The position numbers and the translations under genes are program-made. Positions 19,005-27,832 of a stretch of 32,000 nt of DNA are shown here, in pieces. The notes under the pieces are model-generated. The model saw only the letters and a list, made by a program, of their open reading frames with translations, ran no database searches and was not told the origin of the DNA. Every line of letters starts with the position of its first letter. The stretch's first letter is position 1. The DNA is from Coprobacillaceae bacterium (GTDB lineage Bacteria; Bacillota_I; Bacilli_A; Erysipelotrichales; Coprobacillaceae). Location of the stretch: NCBI GenBank assembly GCA_963675915.1, contig OY780959.1:1320001-1352000 (forward strand), in the 5' to 3' direction.

Positions 19005-19987
19005 TAATCATTTTCATACAGTAAACACGCAACTTTGTGGCCAGGTCTGATTTCCTGAAGGGTCGGTTGTTTAACCGAACACTGCTCAGTTGCTTTTGGA
19101 CATCGGGTGTGGAAGACACATCCAGTTGGTGGATTGATCGGTGAAGGCAGGTCACCTTGCAACACGATTCTTTCCTTTTTGACATGGATATTGGTATCCG
19201 GAACCGCCGAAAGCAAAGCTTGGGTGTATGGATGCAGGGTATTCGCAAACAATTCCTCAGTCGGTGCTTCTTCGACCAGGTGACCCAGATACATTACCCC
19301 GATGCGATCCGAAATATATTTTACCACACTCATGTCATGAGCGATAACCAAATAACTCAAATCATCCGAGTCGCGAAGTTCTTTAAGCAGGTTGATCACT
19401 TGGGCCTGGATTGAAACGTCCAAGGCTGAAACCGGCTCATCGCAAACGATGATTTCCGGATTGAGAATCAAGGCGCGGGCCAGACCGATCCGTTGCCGTT
19501 GTCCTCCTGAAAACTCATGTGGGTAACGGTAGAAATGTTCAGTCCGCAGCCCTACTTTGGCCAGGACATCCATTGCGGCTTGCATTCGCTCACCTTTGTC
19601 TTTGACACCATGGATTTCCAGAACCTCCATCAAGATGGCTCCAACCCGCTTACGGGGATTCAAAGAAGTATAAGGATCCTGGAAGACCATTTGGACATCA
19701 CGGCGGTATTTACGCATATCTTTCATTGACAGATGGCTGACATCATCACCCATAATTTCGATTTTTCCCCCGGTCGGTTCCAACAGGCGGATCAAAGTAC
19801 GGCCAAAGGTACTCTTTCCACATCCGGATTCCCCAACCATACCGTAAATCTCACCTTTGTATAATTCCAGACTGATTCCATCAACAGCTTTGACGTGGTT
19901 GACAGTCTTTCCCAACGCATTTTTGACATCAAAATATTTTTGGACATTCTCAGCTTTGAGAACTACTTGTTTTTCAATATTTTCCAT
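19004..19987 (-). CDS. Oligopeptide/dipeptide ABC transporter ATP-binding protein (OppF/DppF-like)
   Basis: Walker A GESGCGKS, signature FSGGQRQR, Walker B IIVCDEPVSALD, C-terminal GCVFHTRCP. Confidence 0.9.
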   Translation of the reverse strand: MENIEKQVVLKAENVQKYFDVKNALGKTVNHVKAVDGISLELYKGEIYGMVGESGCGKSTFGRTLIRLLEPTGGKIEIMGDDVSHLSMKDMRKYRRDVQMVFQDPYTSLNPRKRVGAILMEVLEIHGVKDKGERMQAAMDVLAKVGLRTEHFYRYPHEFSGGQRQRIGLARALILNPEIIVCDEPVSALDVSIQAQVINLLKELRDSDDLSYLVIAHDMSVVKYISDRIGVMYLGHLVEEAPTEELFANTLHPYTQALLSAVPDTNIHVKKERIVLQGDLPSPINPPTGCVFHTRCPKATEQCSVKQPTLQEIRPGHKVACLLYEND

Positions 19988-19989
19988 GA

Positions 19990-20976
19990 TTACGCCTCCT
20001 TCTTGTCATAATTCCAACAACGAACTTTTTGAGTTGGCGATATCGATTTGAGTTCCGGCATTTCATTACGACACTTGTCAGTCACATATGGGCATCGATC
20101 AGCAAAACGGCATCCTGATGGAATCTGACTCAACAGCGGCACGGTTCCCTTGATAGTATATAATTCTTCGTCGCGGTCCCCATCAAGACGCGGAATCGAT
20201 TTGATCAATCCCAAAGTGTAGGGATGTTGAGGATTGTCGAAGATATCTTCAACCGCAGCCTCTTCCACTACCTGTCCTAGATACATTACCACAACTCTTG
20301 AGCAAGTCTCAGCGACAACTCCCAGGTCATGGGTGATGAGGATAACTCCCATATCCAATTTTTGATTCAATTCAACAATCAAGTCCATGATTTGGGCCTG
20401 AACAGTCACATCCAGAGCCGTTGTCGGCTCATCGGCGATCAGCAATTGAGGCATGCAGGCCAAGGCAATGGCAATCATAACCCGTTGGCGCATCCCTCCT
20501 GAAAGTTCATGGGGATACTGATGAACCCGTTTTTCCGGAGCCGGAATCCCAACCAGGGCCAGCATCTCAATCGCTTTTTCCAACGCAGCTTTTTTTGAAA
20601 GCTTTTGATGGATGATCAAAGGTTCGCAGATTTGGTTTCCGATTGTAAAAACCGGATTCAATGAACTAAGCGCATCCTGGAAGACCATCGAGACCTTTTC
20701 CCCTCGGATATCCTGCATGTTTTTCAACGGCATATTGAGAATATCGGTATCTTCAAGCATGATATTACCTTCATATTTAACCAGGTGTTTTTCATCATAA
20801 AGTCTGAGAATTGACTGTGATGTAACACTCTTACCACATCCGGATTCCCCAACGACTCCCAGAATTTCACCTTTGTATACTTCAAACGAAACCCCGTCAA
20901 TTGCTTTTAACAGACCGCGTTCGGTTTTAAAACTGGTACTTAAGTTTTGTACTTCCAATATTTTTTCTTTTTCCAT
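19990..20976 (-). CDS. Oligopeptide/dipeptide ABC transporter ATP-binding protein (OppD/DppD-like)
   Basis: Walker A GESGCGKS, signature LSGGMRQR, Walker B LLIADEPTTALD, C-terminal GCRFADRCP. Confidence 0.9.
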   Translation of the reverse strand: MEKEKILEVQNLSTSFKTERGLLKAIDGVSFEVYKGEILGVVGESGCGKSVTSQSILRLYDEKHLVKYEGNIMLEDTDILNMPLKNMQDIRGEKVSMVFQDALSSLNPVFTIGNQICEPLIIHQKLSKKAALEKAIEMLALVGIPAPEKRVHQYPHELSGGMRQRVMIAIALACMPQLLIADEPTTALDVTVQAQIMDLIVELNQKLDMGVILITHDLGVVAETCSRVVVMYLGQVVEEAAVEDIFDNPQHPYTLGLIKSIPRLDGDRDEELYTIKGTVPLLSQIPSGCRFADRCPYVTDKCRNEMPELKSISPTQKVRCWNYDKKEA

Positions 20977-20993
20977 AATAACTGATTTCCCCC

Positions 20994-21902
20994 TTATTTA
21001 GTCAAAGGATCAAGAAGATCCCTGAGTCCGTCTCCAAAGAGGTTCAAGCCCAATACTGAGACTGATGTAAAAATTCCCGGGAATACGATCAACCACCAAG
21101 CCGTGAAGATATACATTTTCCCTTCATTGAGGATACTTCCCCAACTTGGCAGCGGAATTGGCACCCCAGCCCCCAGGAAGCTTAACGCCGCCTCCGAGAT
21201 AATTGCAGTTGCAAAGACGAAAGTCATCTGTACGATAACCGGTGTCAGAGTATTCGGGGCGATATGACGCCATAATATTCTAGTTGCCGAAGCCCCAAGA
21301 CAATGCATTGCTTCGATGTAAGTCTGTTCCCTTGCGGTCAAGGCCGCCGCACGGGCAATCCGAGCAATCGCCGGAGTATTGACAATCGAAAGCGCGATGA
21401 TAACATTTTTGATATCCGCACCCATAACCGCCATCAAACAGATAGCCAGCAAGGTTGACGGAATCGCTCTAAGACCATCACAGATTCTCATCAGGATATT
21501 GTCGAAGATGCTGTTGTAACAAGCATACAATCCGACAACCATTCCCAGAATTCCGGAAATTGCACTGACACTGAATCCGACAATCAATGAAATTCTGATT
21601 CCATAAATAACCCGGGTGTAGACATCACGACCCAGCTCGTCGGTTCCAAACCAGTGGGTTCCACTTGGAGTCAACAGACGGTCAACTACATTTACTTCAT
21701 AGGGATCGAAACTGGTAATTAACGGTGCGATGATGGCAAGCACGATCAAAAGCACGATGATAACCAATCCGATGATCGATAGTTTATTTTTGGTGAAAGC
21801 TTTTATTCTGATATCCCGCTGTTCTTTCTCCAGCTTTTTACGGATAGCCTCCAGCTCCTTCTTATCTGAAATAACAAGGTCCATTTCCTTCTCTATTTGC
21901 AT
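20994..21902 (-). CDS. ABC peptide transporter permease (OppC/DppC-like)
   Basis: 302-aa multi-TM ORF. YIEAMHCLGASATRILWRHIAPN is the EAA-loop region. Confidence 0.9.
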   Translation of the reverse strand: MQIEKEMDLVISDKKELEAIRKKLEKEQRDIRIKAFTKNKLSIIGLVIIVLLIVLAIIAPLITSFDPYEVNVVDRLLTPSGTHWFGTDELGRDVYTRVIYGIRISLIVGFSVSAISGILGMVVGLYACYNSIFDNILMRICDGLRAIPSTLLAICLMAVMGADIKNVIIALSIVNTPAIARIARAAALTAREQTYIEAMHCLGASATRILWRHIAPNTLTPVIVQMTFVFATAIISEAALSFLGAGVPIPLPSWGSILNEGKMYIFTAWWLIVFPGIFTSVSVLGLNLFGDGLRDLLDPLTK

Positions 21903-21927
21903 AATTCAAACTCCTTGTTGTTTATTT

Positions 21928-22872
21928 TTAACTAATTCTGATTCTTGGGTCGATCAGACCGTAAACCAAATCGGTAATCAGGTTGATCAAAACGTTGATA
22001 ACAGCAATCAACAGGACGATCCCTTGGATGACTTCGTAGTCACGTCGTCCAATTGAAGTTACAATCAAAGATCCGACTCCGGGAATCCCGAAGACCGTTT
22101 CAACTACTGCCGCCCCCGATAATGCCGCAATAAAGGCAGTACCGATAACAGTAACCACCGTTACCAGTGAATTTTTGAAGGCATGTTTTCCAACCAGGGC
22201 AAACTCTTTCACCCCTTTGGCTTTGGCCATTTTGATATAGTCACTGTCAAGCACTTCCAGCATTGAGGCTCTGGTCATTCTAACCATCAAAGCCGAGTAC
22301 ATGAATCCCAGCGCGATGGCCGGTAAAGTGATTGAACGGATATTTTCTGCGAATCCCTCGGAAAGTGGGACATACCCGGAAACCGGGAACCATCTCATTT
22401 TAACCGCTAATCCCATAATCAAACCCAGACCTAAAAGGAAACTTGGCAATGAAATACCTAACAAGGCAAAAATCGAGATAGCTTGATCGGCGATTGTTCC
22501 TCTTTTACGAGCAGCAATCATCCCTAGTGGCAGTGATAATCCCAAACTGATCATCATTGCATAAAAGGCTAAATTCAGGGTTGGTACCATTCGGTCGGCG
22601 ATTACTTCCAAGACCGGAGTATTATTAGCTACTGAAGTTCCAAAATCTCCTTGGAAAATATTGGCGATCCAGTGGATATATTGGATATAAATCGGATCAT
22701 TAAGACCCATTGCTTCTCTTAATCTATCAATATCAATTTGGGTTGCTTCTTCACCAAGTATTGCCGCAGCCGGATCACCTGGAGTCAAGTGAATCAAGGA
22801 GAAAACAACAATTGATACAACAAAGAGGATCGGTATGATAGAGAGAACTCGATTAATTACAAATTTTTTCAT
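21928..22872 (-). CDS. ABC peptide transporter permease (OppB/DppB-like)
   Basis: ORF 21928-22878. The first ATG abuts GGAGA with no spacer, so ATG 22872 (6-nt spacer) is preferred. EAA-loop region DYIKMAKAKGVKEFALVGKHAFKN. Confidence 0.9.
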   Translation of the reverse strand: MKKFVINRVLSIIPILFVVSIVVFSLIHLTPGDPAAAILGEEATQIDIDRLREAMGLNDPIYIQYIHWIANIFQGDFGTSVANNTPVLEVIADRMVPTLNLAFYAMMISLGLSLPLGMIAARKRGTIADQAISIFALLGISLPSFLLGLGLIMGLAVKMRWFPVSGYVPLSEGFAENIRSITLPAIALGFMYSALMVRMTRASMLEVLDSDYIKMAKAKGVKEFALVGKHAFKNSLVTVVTVIGTAFIAALSGAAVVETVFGIPGVGSLIVTSIGRRDYEVIQGIVLLIAVINVLINLITDLVYGLIDPRIRIS

Positions 22873-22893
22873 TTTCATTCTCCTTTTAGTAAA

Positions 22894-22930
22894 AAGATAT
22901 CAGGAAATTTAACTGATTTCCTGATATCTT
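22894..22930 (-). terminator. Strong intercistronic hairpin (partial terminator or mRNA stabiliser) between the binding-protein and permease genes
   Basis: AAGATATCAGGAAAT-ttaactg-ATTTCCTGATATCTT: perfect 15-bp stem. A short T-run follows on the minus strand, then the permease RBS. Confidence 0.6.
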
Positions 22931-22994
22931 GAGATTTTTTAAATTAGTCAAATACAGATATATCAGCTGCTAAGTTATAACAGTCTTCGTAATT

Positions 22995-24458
22995 CTATTC
23001 TGCAATAGTAGCGTTCCAGAAGTACAGTCCGCTTCCCATGTATTGTCCTTCAAGATTATCAGACCATGCATAACTTACGTTATAATGTCCGAAGTTGATT
23101 GCAGGTAAGTAATCCCATGAGTAAGCTTGTAATTCTTCCCAAGCTGTATAAGCATCATCCAAAGTTGTTGCTGTATTGTATGCAGTCAATAACTCTGTCA
23201 TATGAGCATCATTTGTCCAACCTGGATAAGAAGCTCCATAGAATGATTTCAATGTAGGAAGTGGTACTGAAGAGAAGCTAGTGATATAAAGATCGTAACC
23301 AGTTGGATCTGTTCTATATTGAGTGAATGTAGCCCAGTCAACAGTAGTAAGTTCAACTGTCATTCCAAGTGATTCCAATTCTGATTTCAATACTAATCCC
23401 ATGTTATCGAAATGTGAAACAGTTGGAGTCAGGATTCTGAAAGTTTCCCCATTGTATCCAGCATCTTCAAGGAATTGTTTTGCGAGTGCTTCATCTTTTT
23501 GGTTGTATTGATCAGAACCAGCATCAGTCAACCAGAAACCATTGATTTCATCCATGTAGCATGAACCTAAATCATAGAATGTACCATAAGCAGAAGTCAG
23601 GATTTCATCTGAATCAGCGATAGCATTTACTGCTTTACGGATATTGATGTCGCTAGAAAGACTTGCTTCATCTTTATTGAATACTGCAGTTACGATACCA
23701 CCTTGTTCTACATCGATATCCAAACCAGATGTTGCAGCAACCATATCATAGTTGTCTGATGATACACTTAATACTGCGTCATATTGACCAGTTTGCAGCC
23801 CGGCAACACGAGTTGCTTCTTCAGCTACATAGTAGAAGTTAAGAGTTTTAGTATAAGCATGTTTGTATCCAGCCCATCCATCCATAACTTCTTCAGTTGA
23901 ATCTACTAAGAAATAAGGAACATAATCATCAAATTTTTCTAAAGTGATATATTGATCTTGTACCCATTCAACGAATGTGTATGGTCCAGTACCGATATAT
24001 TCTTTTAAGTTTCCAGCTTCATCTTCATCTGCACAAGCTTCAGCAGTTGTAACGATTGCCGGTTGGTTAGCCCCAGCCATCATTGTAGGAAGAGTTAACG
24101 CTGGTTGGTCAGCTGTGATTTCGATTGTGTAGTCATCTACAACAACGAATCTACCTTCACCAACCAAAGCTCTGGCTTGGCTGTATGCTTCGATCCAACG
24201 GTTCATTGATGCTGCAGCATCATCAGCTTGCAATTCCGAACCATCATGGAATAATACACCTTCACGTAGGTGGAATGTAAATGTTTTTGCATCTTCTGAC
24301 ATATCGAAAGAAGTAGCTAACTCAGGAACTGCTTCCGAGTTTGAATTAAGTGTTACCAGTTTCTCCCAAACTGTTCCCGCGAATAATTGTCTCGCGATAA
24401 GTGATGTTGTTTTATGAACATCATAAGTAGGTGCTTCCTGGGCAACAGCAACATTGAT
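22995..24458 (-). pseudogene. Family-5 (OppA/DppA-like) substrate-binding lipoprotein gene, 3' portion, separated from its first 43 codons by the IS66 insertion
   Basis: The track ORF 22995-24503 starts at a TTG inside the IS end. The genuine frame enters at INVAVAQEAPTYDVHK. It joins in frame to the 27194-27320 fragment once the IS and one target-duplication copy are removed. Confidence 0.85.
24451..24458. repeat. Target-site duplication ACATTGAT (left copy)
   Basis: Identical 8-mer immediately outside both inverted repeats. Confidence 0.85.
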
Positions 24459-24481
24459 GTATGCGTCAAATAGAGCGGTGG
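24459..24481. repeat. IS66-family terminal inverted repeat (tnpC-side end) GTATGCGTCAAATAGAGCGGTGG
   Basis: Exact reverse complement of 27171-27193. Confidence 0.9.
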
Positions 24482-24526
24482 GAGAATATTTAATGGTATG
24501 CAAAAAGGAATCCGGGGGACAGTTTG

Positions 24527-26287
24527 TTACCGTCTTGGGATTCCTTTTTTGAGGCCCTTGATCTCCTTCGTGGTCAATTGACGCAGGTATGTTGGCAGTT
24601 CCTTATTGTAGGGTAGTAGTTTTCTAATTTCTTCTTCATCAGTAGGATCGATTCCCGGAAGACGTTCCAGTACGTACGTCATGTACATGTACGGTGACAG
24701 CTTGTTTTCCTGGGCGCTCAACAGTATCGAATAGATTATCGCTGCGGCTTGCGCTCCTTTGGGGCTTGTATAGAATTTACATCGATTCCTTGATACGACA
24801 AACGGTCTGATAGCTCGCTCCGTGCTTGAATTGTCGAATGGAACTTTCGGGTTATTGAATACCTCGCTGAATTCCTTTTCGTGGTTCATTAGATATTTGA
24901 TTGCCTTAAGCAAGGTTGGTTTCATATTAACTTCGGGCAACAGGATTATTTCTTTAAGGTACGCTAAAAACTTATCGTAGATTGGCTTTACGACATCATT
25001 TCGGCCCTTATGAATATATTGGAAATATTTATCCTGGTTCTTTGAGTATTTTCCCTTAGCAGCCGTTTCAATCTTGTTCTTGGCTTCGAATACTTTTTTG
25101 TAATATCGGTAGCAAGTGTATTCGTAGCTTTGATTTTTATCGGTGCCTTTTGGCAGTACATCCAAGGCTTCCCGGAAATAGCGAAAGGCATGAACGTGGC
25201 AAAAACAGTTGGTGACATTTTCAAGTGACTCGTAGACGCCGTAAGCATCGGTTACCAGGTAGTGGGAGTAATCACCGATGAAATCCTCAGCTACCCGTTT
25301 TGAACGACTAGGATCATAACGGTACAAGATTATCGGCGCCTCATATTGGCAACTTCTCATGACCCACATGAAGGATTTGCTTTGCACTGGTTTGCCGTCT
25401 TCCTTTAGAACCTGGGTGGTGGTTTCATCGCAGTGGATCACTTCCATGGACAACAAGTCCTTGTGCATGCACTCAAACAACAGGTTAAGATGAACCGATG
25501 CCTTGATCATCCAGTTGGCCATATTCTGTCTAGGGATGACGATGTCATTTTCAAGGAAACGTTTTTCCTGAGCAGCCAGTGGCAAACCCTTTAAATATTT
25601 CATGTCCATTATAGTTGCAATCAGTGATGGCGATGCAATGCTTCCCTTGATAACCGGTTGTCTTCCAGGAACTTTCTTGTAAGATGATTTACCTTCCAAG
25701 TTGTGTTCCTGACAAGCAACACATTCGTATACCGGTGTACGGTAAATATTCAATTCAACTTTGGCGGGTGTATAGACAAGTTCTTTTCTTTCATCGTATT
25801 TTTTGATTGTCATAGTTGTACCACAAAGATCGCAAACGTCGAAACCATCAGGAGTTTCTTCTGTAATTATATTGGTTTTGAGATGGTCATAATTGATATG
25901 TTTTTCTTTGGGGATTCTAACTTTTCTTTTGTAACCTTTGATTTCCGTAGTTTCGAATTCTTCGGTTTCAGTAGCATTATCAAAATCAACACCAATTAGA
26001 CTAAACAGATCAGGACCTTGGTTATATTCCTTAATATTGTTGCGTTGGGAGCTGTAGCGGGCGTTTTCCAATAATTTGATGTATTCGTTTTTCTGTTGTA
26101 GTTCAAGTTTGCGTTCTTTGATTTCAGCTGCCATTTTATCAATATCGGCAGACAAATGCTTCTTTTCTCTAATAAGTTTTTCTTTTGAAATACGGTCGGA
26201 TTCGATTTTGGCATAGAGTTCCTGTTCACGTTGTTTGAACGCTTCGATAAGTTCTTCTTTTGTCATATCTTCCATCAATTTGATCAC
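24527..26287 (-). CDS. tnpC: IS66-family transposase TnpC
   Basis: 586-aa ORF. GTG start 6 nt after GAGGTGG. Coiled-coil N-terminus, zinc-finger-like CDLCGTTM...CVACQEH, and IHCDETTTQVL. Confidence 0.9.
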   Translation of the reverse strand: MIKLMEDMTKEELIEAFKQREQELYAKIESDRISKEKLIREKKHLSADIDKMAAEIKERKLELQQKNEYIKLLENARYSSQRNNIKEYNQGPDLFSLIGVDFDNATETEEFETTEIKGYKRKVRIPKEKHINYDHLKTNIITEETPDGFDVCDLCGTTMTIKKYDERKELVYTPAKVELNIYRTPVYECVACQEHNLEGKSSYKKVPGRQPVIKGSIASPSLIATIMDMKYLKGLPLAAQEKRFLENDIVIPRQNMANWMIKASVHLNLLFECMHKDLLSMEVIHCDETTTQVLKEDGKPVQSKSFMWVMRSCQYEAPIILYRYDPSRSKRVAEDFIGDYSHYLVTDAYGVYESLENVTNCFCHVHAFRYFREALDVLPKGTDKNQSYEYTCYRYYKKVFEAKNKIETAAKGKYSKNQDKYFQYIHKGRNDVVKPIYDKFLAYLKEIILLPEVNMKPTLLKAIKYLMNHEKEFSEVFNNPKVPFDNSSTERAIRPFVVSRNRCKFYTSPKGAQAAAIIYSILLSAQENKLSPYMYMTYVLERLPGIDPTDEEEIRKLLPYNKELPTYLRQLTTKEIKGLKKGIPRR

Positions 26288-26434
26288 TTGAATCCACCTC
26301 TTTCCACTAGTGGCATTGTAGCATAAAAAGCCCTGAAAGTCTTGATTTCACGGCAATTTATAAAAGATGTGAATAACTTCAAAAGGCATAAGATAAACCC
26401 ACAAATAAATGTGAATTACTCTTATGCGTAGGGG

Positions 26435-26794
26435 CTATATCATTACTGAAATGTCCTTGAATGCCCTTTTCTGTTCAATTGCCAATCCATCAAGCAACCA
26501 ACTCAACTGACGGATGTCAACAACCATTGAAGTGATATCTTCATCACCCTTGGGCCAGAAGAACTTATCTTTATTAAGCAGCTTCTTGGAGTGGATGACA
26601 AATCCGTTCTTGTCGAACTCCAGCATCTTGATGCTTTTCTTGGATCTGTTGCAAAAGATGTACAGGTTATTGGCGGTGGGGTCAAGATACAGGCTGTGGG
26701 ATACAATCGCACTTAAGCCAGCGTAGCTTTTCCTAAGATCGGTTGCCCCAGGAACCAGATAAATATTGTCGAAGTCTTCAAACCTAAGCTTCAT
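26435..26794 (-). CDS. tnpB: IS66 Orf2-like protein TnpB
   Basis: 119-aa ORF. LVPGATDLRKSYAGLSAIV is the hallmark IS66 Orf2 motif. The start overlaps the tnpA stop by 11 nt. Confidence 0.9.
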   Translation of the reverse strand: MKLRFEDFDNIYLVPGATDLRKSYAGLSAIVSHSLYLDPTANNLYIFCNRSKKSIKMLEFDKNGFVIHSKKLLNKDKFFWPKGDEDITSMVVDIRQLSWLLDGLAIEQKRAFKDISVMI

Positions 26795-27146
26795 TGATCA
26801 TACCTATCAGTTTAGCCAGAGTTTCCAAGTCTGTCGAGTCGTCAACCGAAATAGTAGCCTTGCCAATATTGACATCGAACCCCTTGGAAACAACTTTACT
26901 GTTGCAATCAACAATATCCAGCCTGACAAGAGCTGTAGTAAATCCAGAATCCTTAACTTCATCTCTTGAGCGATTCAAATATGGCTTAGAATACTTGTGG
27001 TAGCAAAAAGCATTGTACGAAACATCGTTAGCCAAACACCATTTTTTAATGGTCAGATCACTATTGGCAGCCTCAGTAAATATCACCTGCCACTGATCAT
27101 CAGAATAATTCAAATCATCACACCTCCAATTCGATGTGATAATCAT
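26784..27146 (-). CDS. tnpA: IS66 Orf1-like accessory protein TnpA
   Basis: 120-aa ORF in the expected position and orientation. The true start may be the in-frame TTG 6 nt after GGAGGTG, 11 codons downstream. Confidence 0.7.
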   Translation of the reverse strand: MIITSNWRCDDLNYSDDQWQVIFTEAANSDLTIKKWCLANDVSYNAFCYHKYSKPYLNRSRDEVKDSGFTTALVRLDIVDCNSKVVSKGFDVNIGKATISVDDSTDLETLAKLIGMINEA

Positions 27147-27170
27147 ACCATCAATGAACTCGACAACCTA

Positions 27171-27193
27171 CCACCGCTCTATTTGACGCATAC
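27171..27193. repeat. IS66-family terminal inverted repeat (tnpA-side end)
   Basis: CCACCGCTCTATTTGACGCATAC, the exact reverse complement of 24459-24481. Confidence 0.9.
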
Positions 27194-27201
27194 ACATTGA
27201 T
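27194..27201. repeat. Target-site duplication ACATTGAT (right copy)
   Basis: Identical to 24451-24458. Confidence 0.85.
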
Positions 27202-27320
27202 TACATCTTTGTATGTTGTTGAACCAGTATCGTCTGAGCTTGAGCTACCACATGCACTTAAGTTAAGTGCCATCAGTAATCCCAATGCCATCATTACGAT
27301 TTTTTTGAAATTCTTTCTCA
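27194..27320 (-). pseudogene. 5' fragment (43 codons) of the interrupted substrate-binding lipoprotein gene
   Basis: Own translation from ATG 27320: MRKNFKKIVMMALGLLMALNLSACGSSSSDDTGSTTYKDVINV, with signal peptide and lipobox LSAC. GGGGA RBS upstream. Confidence 0.85.
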
Positions 27321-27374
27321 TAATTTTCCCCTTTTTCGAATTTTCCTTTATAAACTATCAAGTTTACTGCGTTA

Positions 27375-27403
27375 ATCTTAGCAAAGGGATATTGTCTTGT
27401 CAA
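27375..27403 (-). promoter_or_regulatory. Sigma-A-type promoter of the peptide-utilisation operon
   Basis: Minus strand reads TTGACA (27398-27403), a 17-nt spacer, then TAAGAT (27375-27380), about 55 nt upstream of ATG 27320. Confidence 0.5.
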
Positions 27404-27737
27404 TAAGAATTTATCACTTTAATAATAAAAAATCATTAAGTAAACATTTGATGTAAAATGTTCTTAAAAGATTGTCCTCAAGACTAATTGAATTTGATTT
27501 ATATCACAATCCAGAGTCATTTGTGGCGTTACATTTTGGACACTTTGAGCCTTGACACCAAACCATATCTAACCCTACCCGTTTATCGTGACATGATTAT
27601 CTGGTTAATTACTAATGACACCATCGAAAAGCTTTTGCCAGTGGACGTTATATTATATTTCTATCACCGATAACGTCGCTATGGTTGTCACTGCTACAAT
27701 GAACGAGGTTGCATCCAGATCTATTTGTCTATTGCAT

Positions 27738-27766
27738 AATAAAAAATGACCCCCATTGGGATCATT
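27738..27766 (-). terminator. Intrinsic terminator after the GH32 gene
   Basis: Minus strand reads AATGATCCC-aatg-GGGGTCATT (9 bp, one G-U pair) followed by a TTTTATT tail. Confidence 0.55.
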
Positions 27767-27832
27767 GAATTTGGTGCATCTTTTGGTTTTATCGCGTAAT
27801 GACTGTTGAAAGCAAGGACCCAAAATAGTCAA

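Larger units (their letters stand above)
24459..27193 (-). mobile_element. Complete IS66-family insertion sequence (tnpA-tnpB-tnpC)
   Basis: Perfect 23-bp terminal inverted repeats beginning GTA, an 8-bp target duplication, and three co-oriented ORFs with IS66 Orf1/Orf2/transposase features. Confidence 0.9.

Noticed and set aside
18994-19248. 84-aa minus-strand ORF overlapping the 3' end of the OppF-like gene in another frame
   Set aside because: Lies completely within, or adjacent to, a strongly supported ABC ATPase CDS. Cys/Arg-rich off-frame translation with no RBS.
22995-24503. Calling the 502-aa ORF an intact solute-binding protein
   Set aside because: Its first 15 codons are the IS66 terminal repeat read in frame. 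The real N-terminus, with signal peptide and lipobox, lies 2.7 kb away at 27194-27320.
27404-27737. About 330 bp of AT-rich non-coding DNA upstream of the operon promoter, examined for a T-box or riboswitch. It contains a 20-codon Cys-rich minus-strand ORF (MVWCQGSKCPKCNATNDSGL) and the 61-aa plus-strand ORF 27488-27673
   Set aside because: No T-box core (GGTGGTACCGCG-like) or other riboswitch signature. Both ORFs lack a convincing RBS, and the region lies upstream of the promoter rather than in a leader. Treated as spacer or degenerate DNA.
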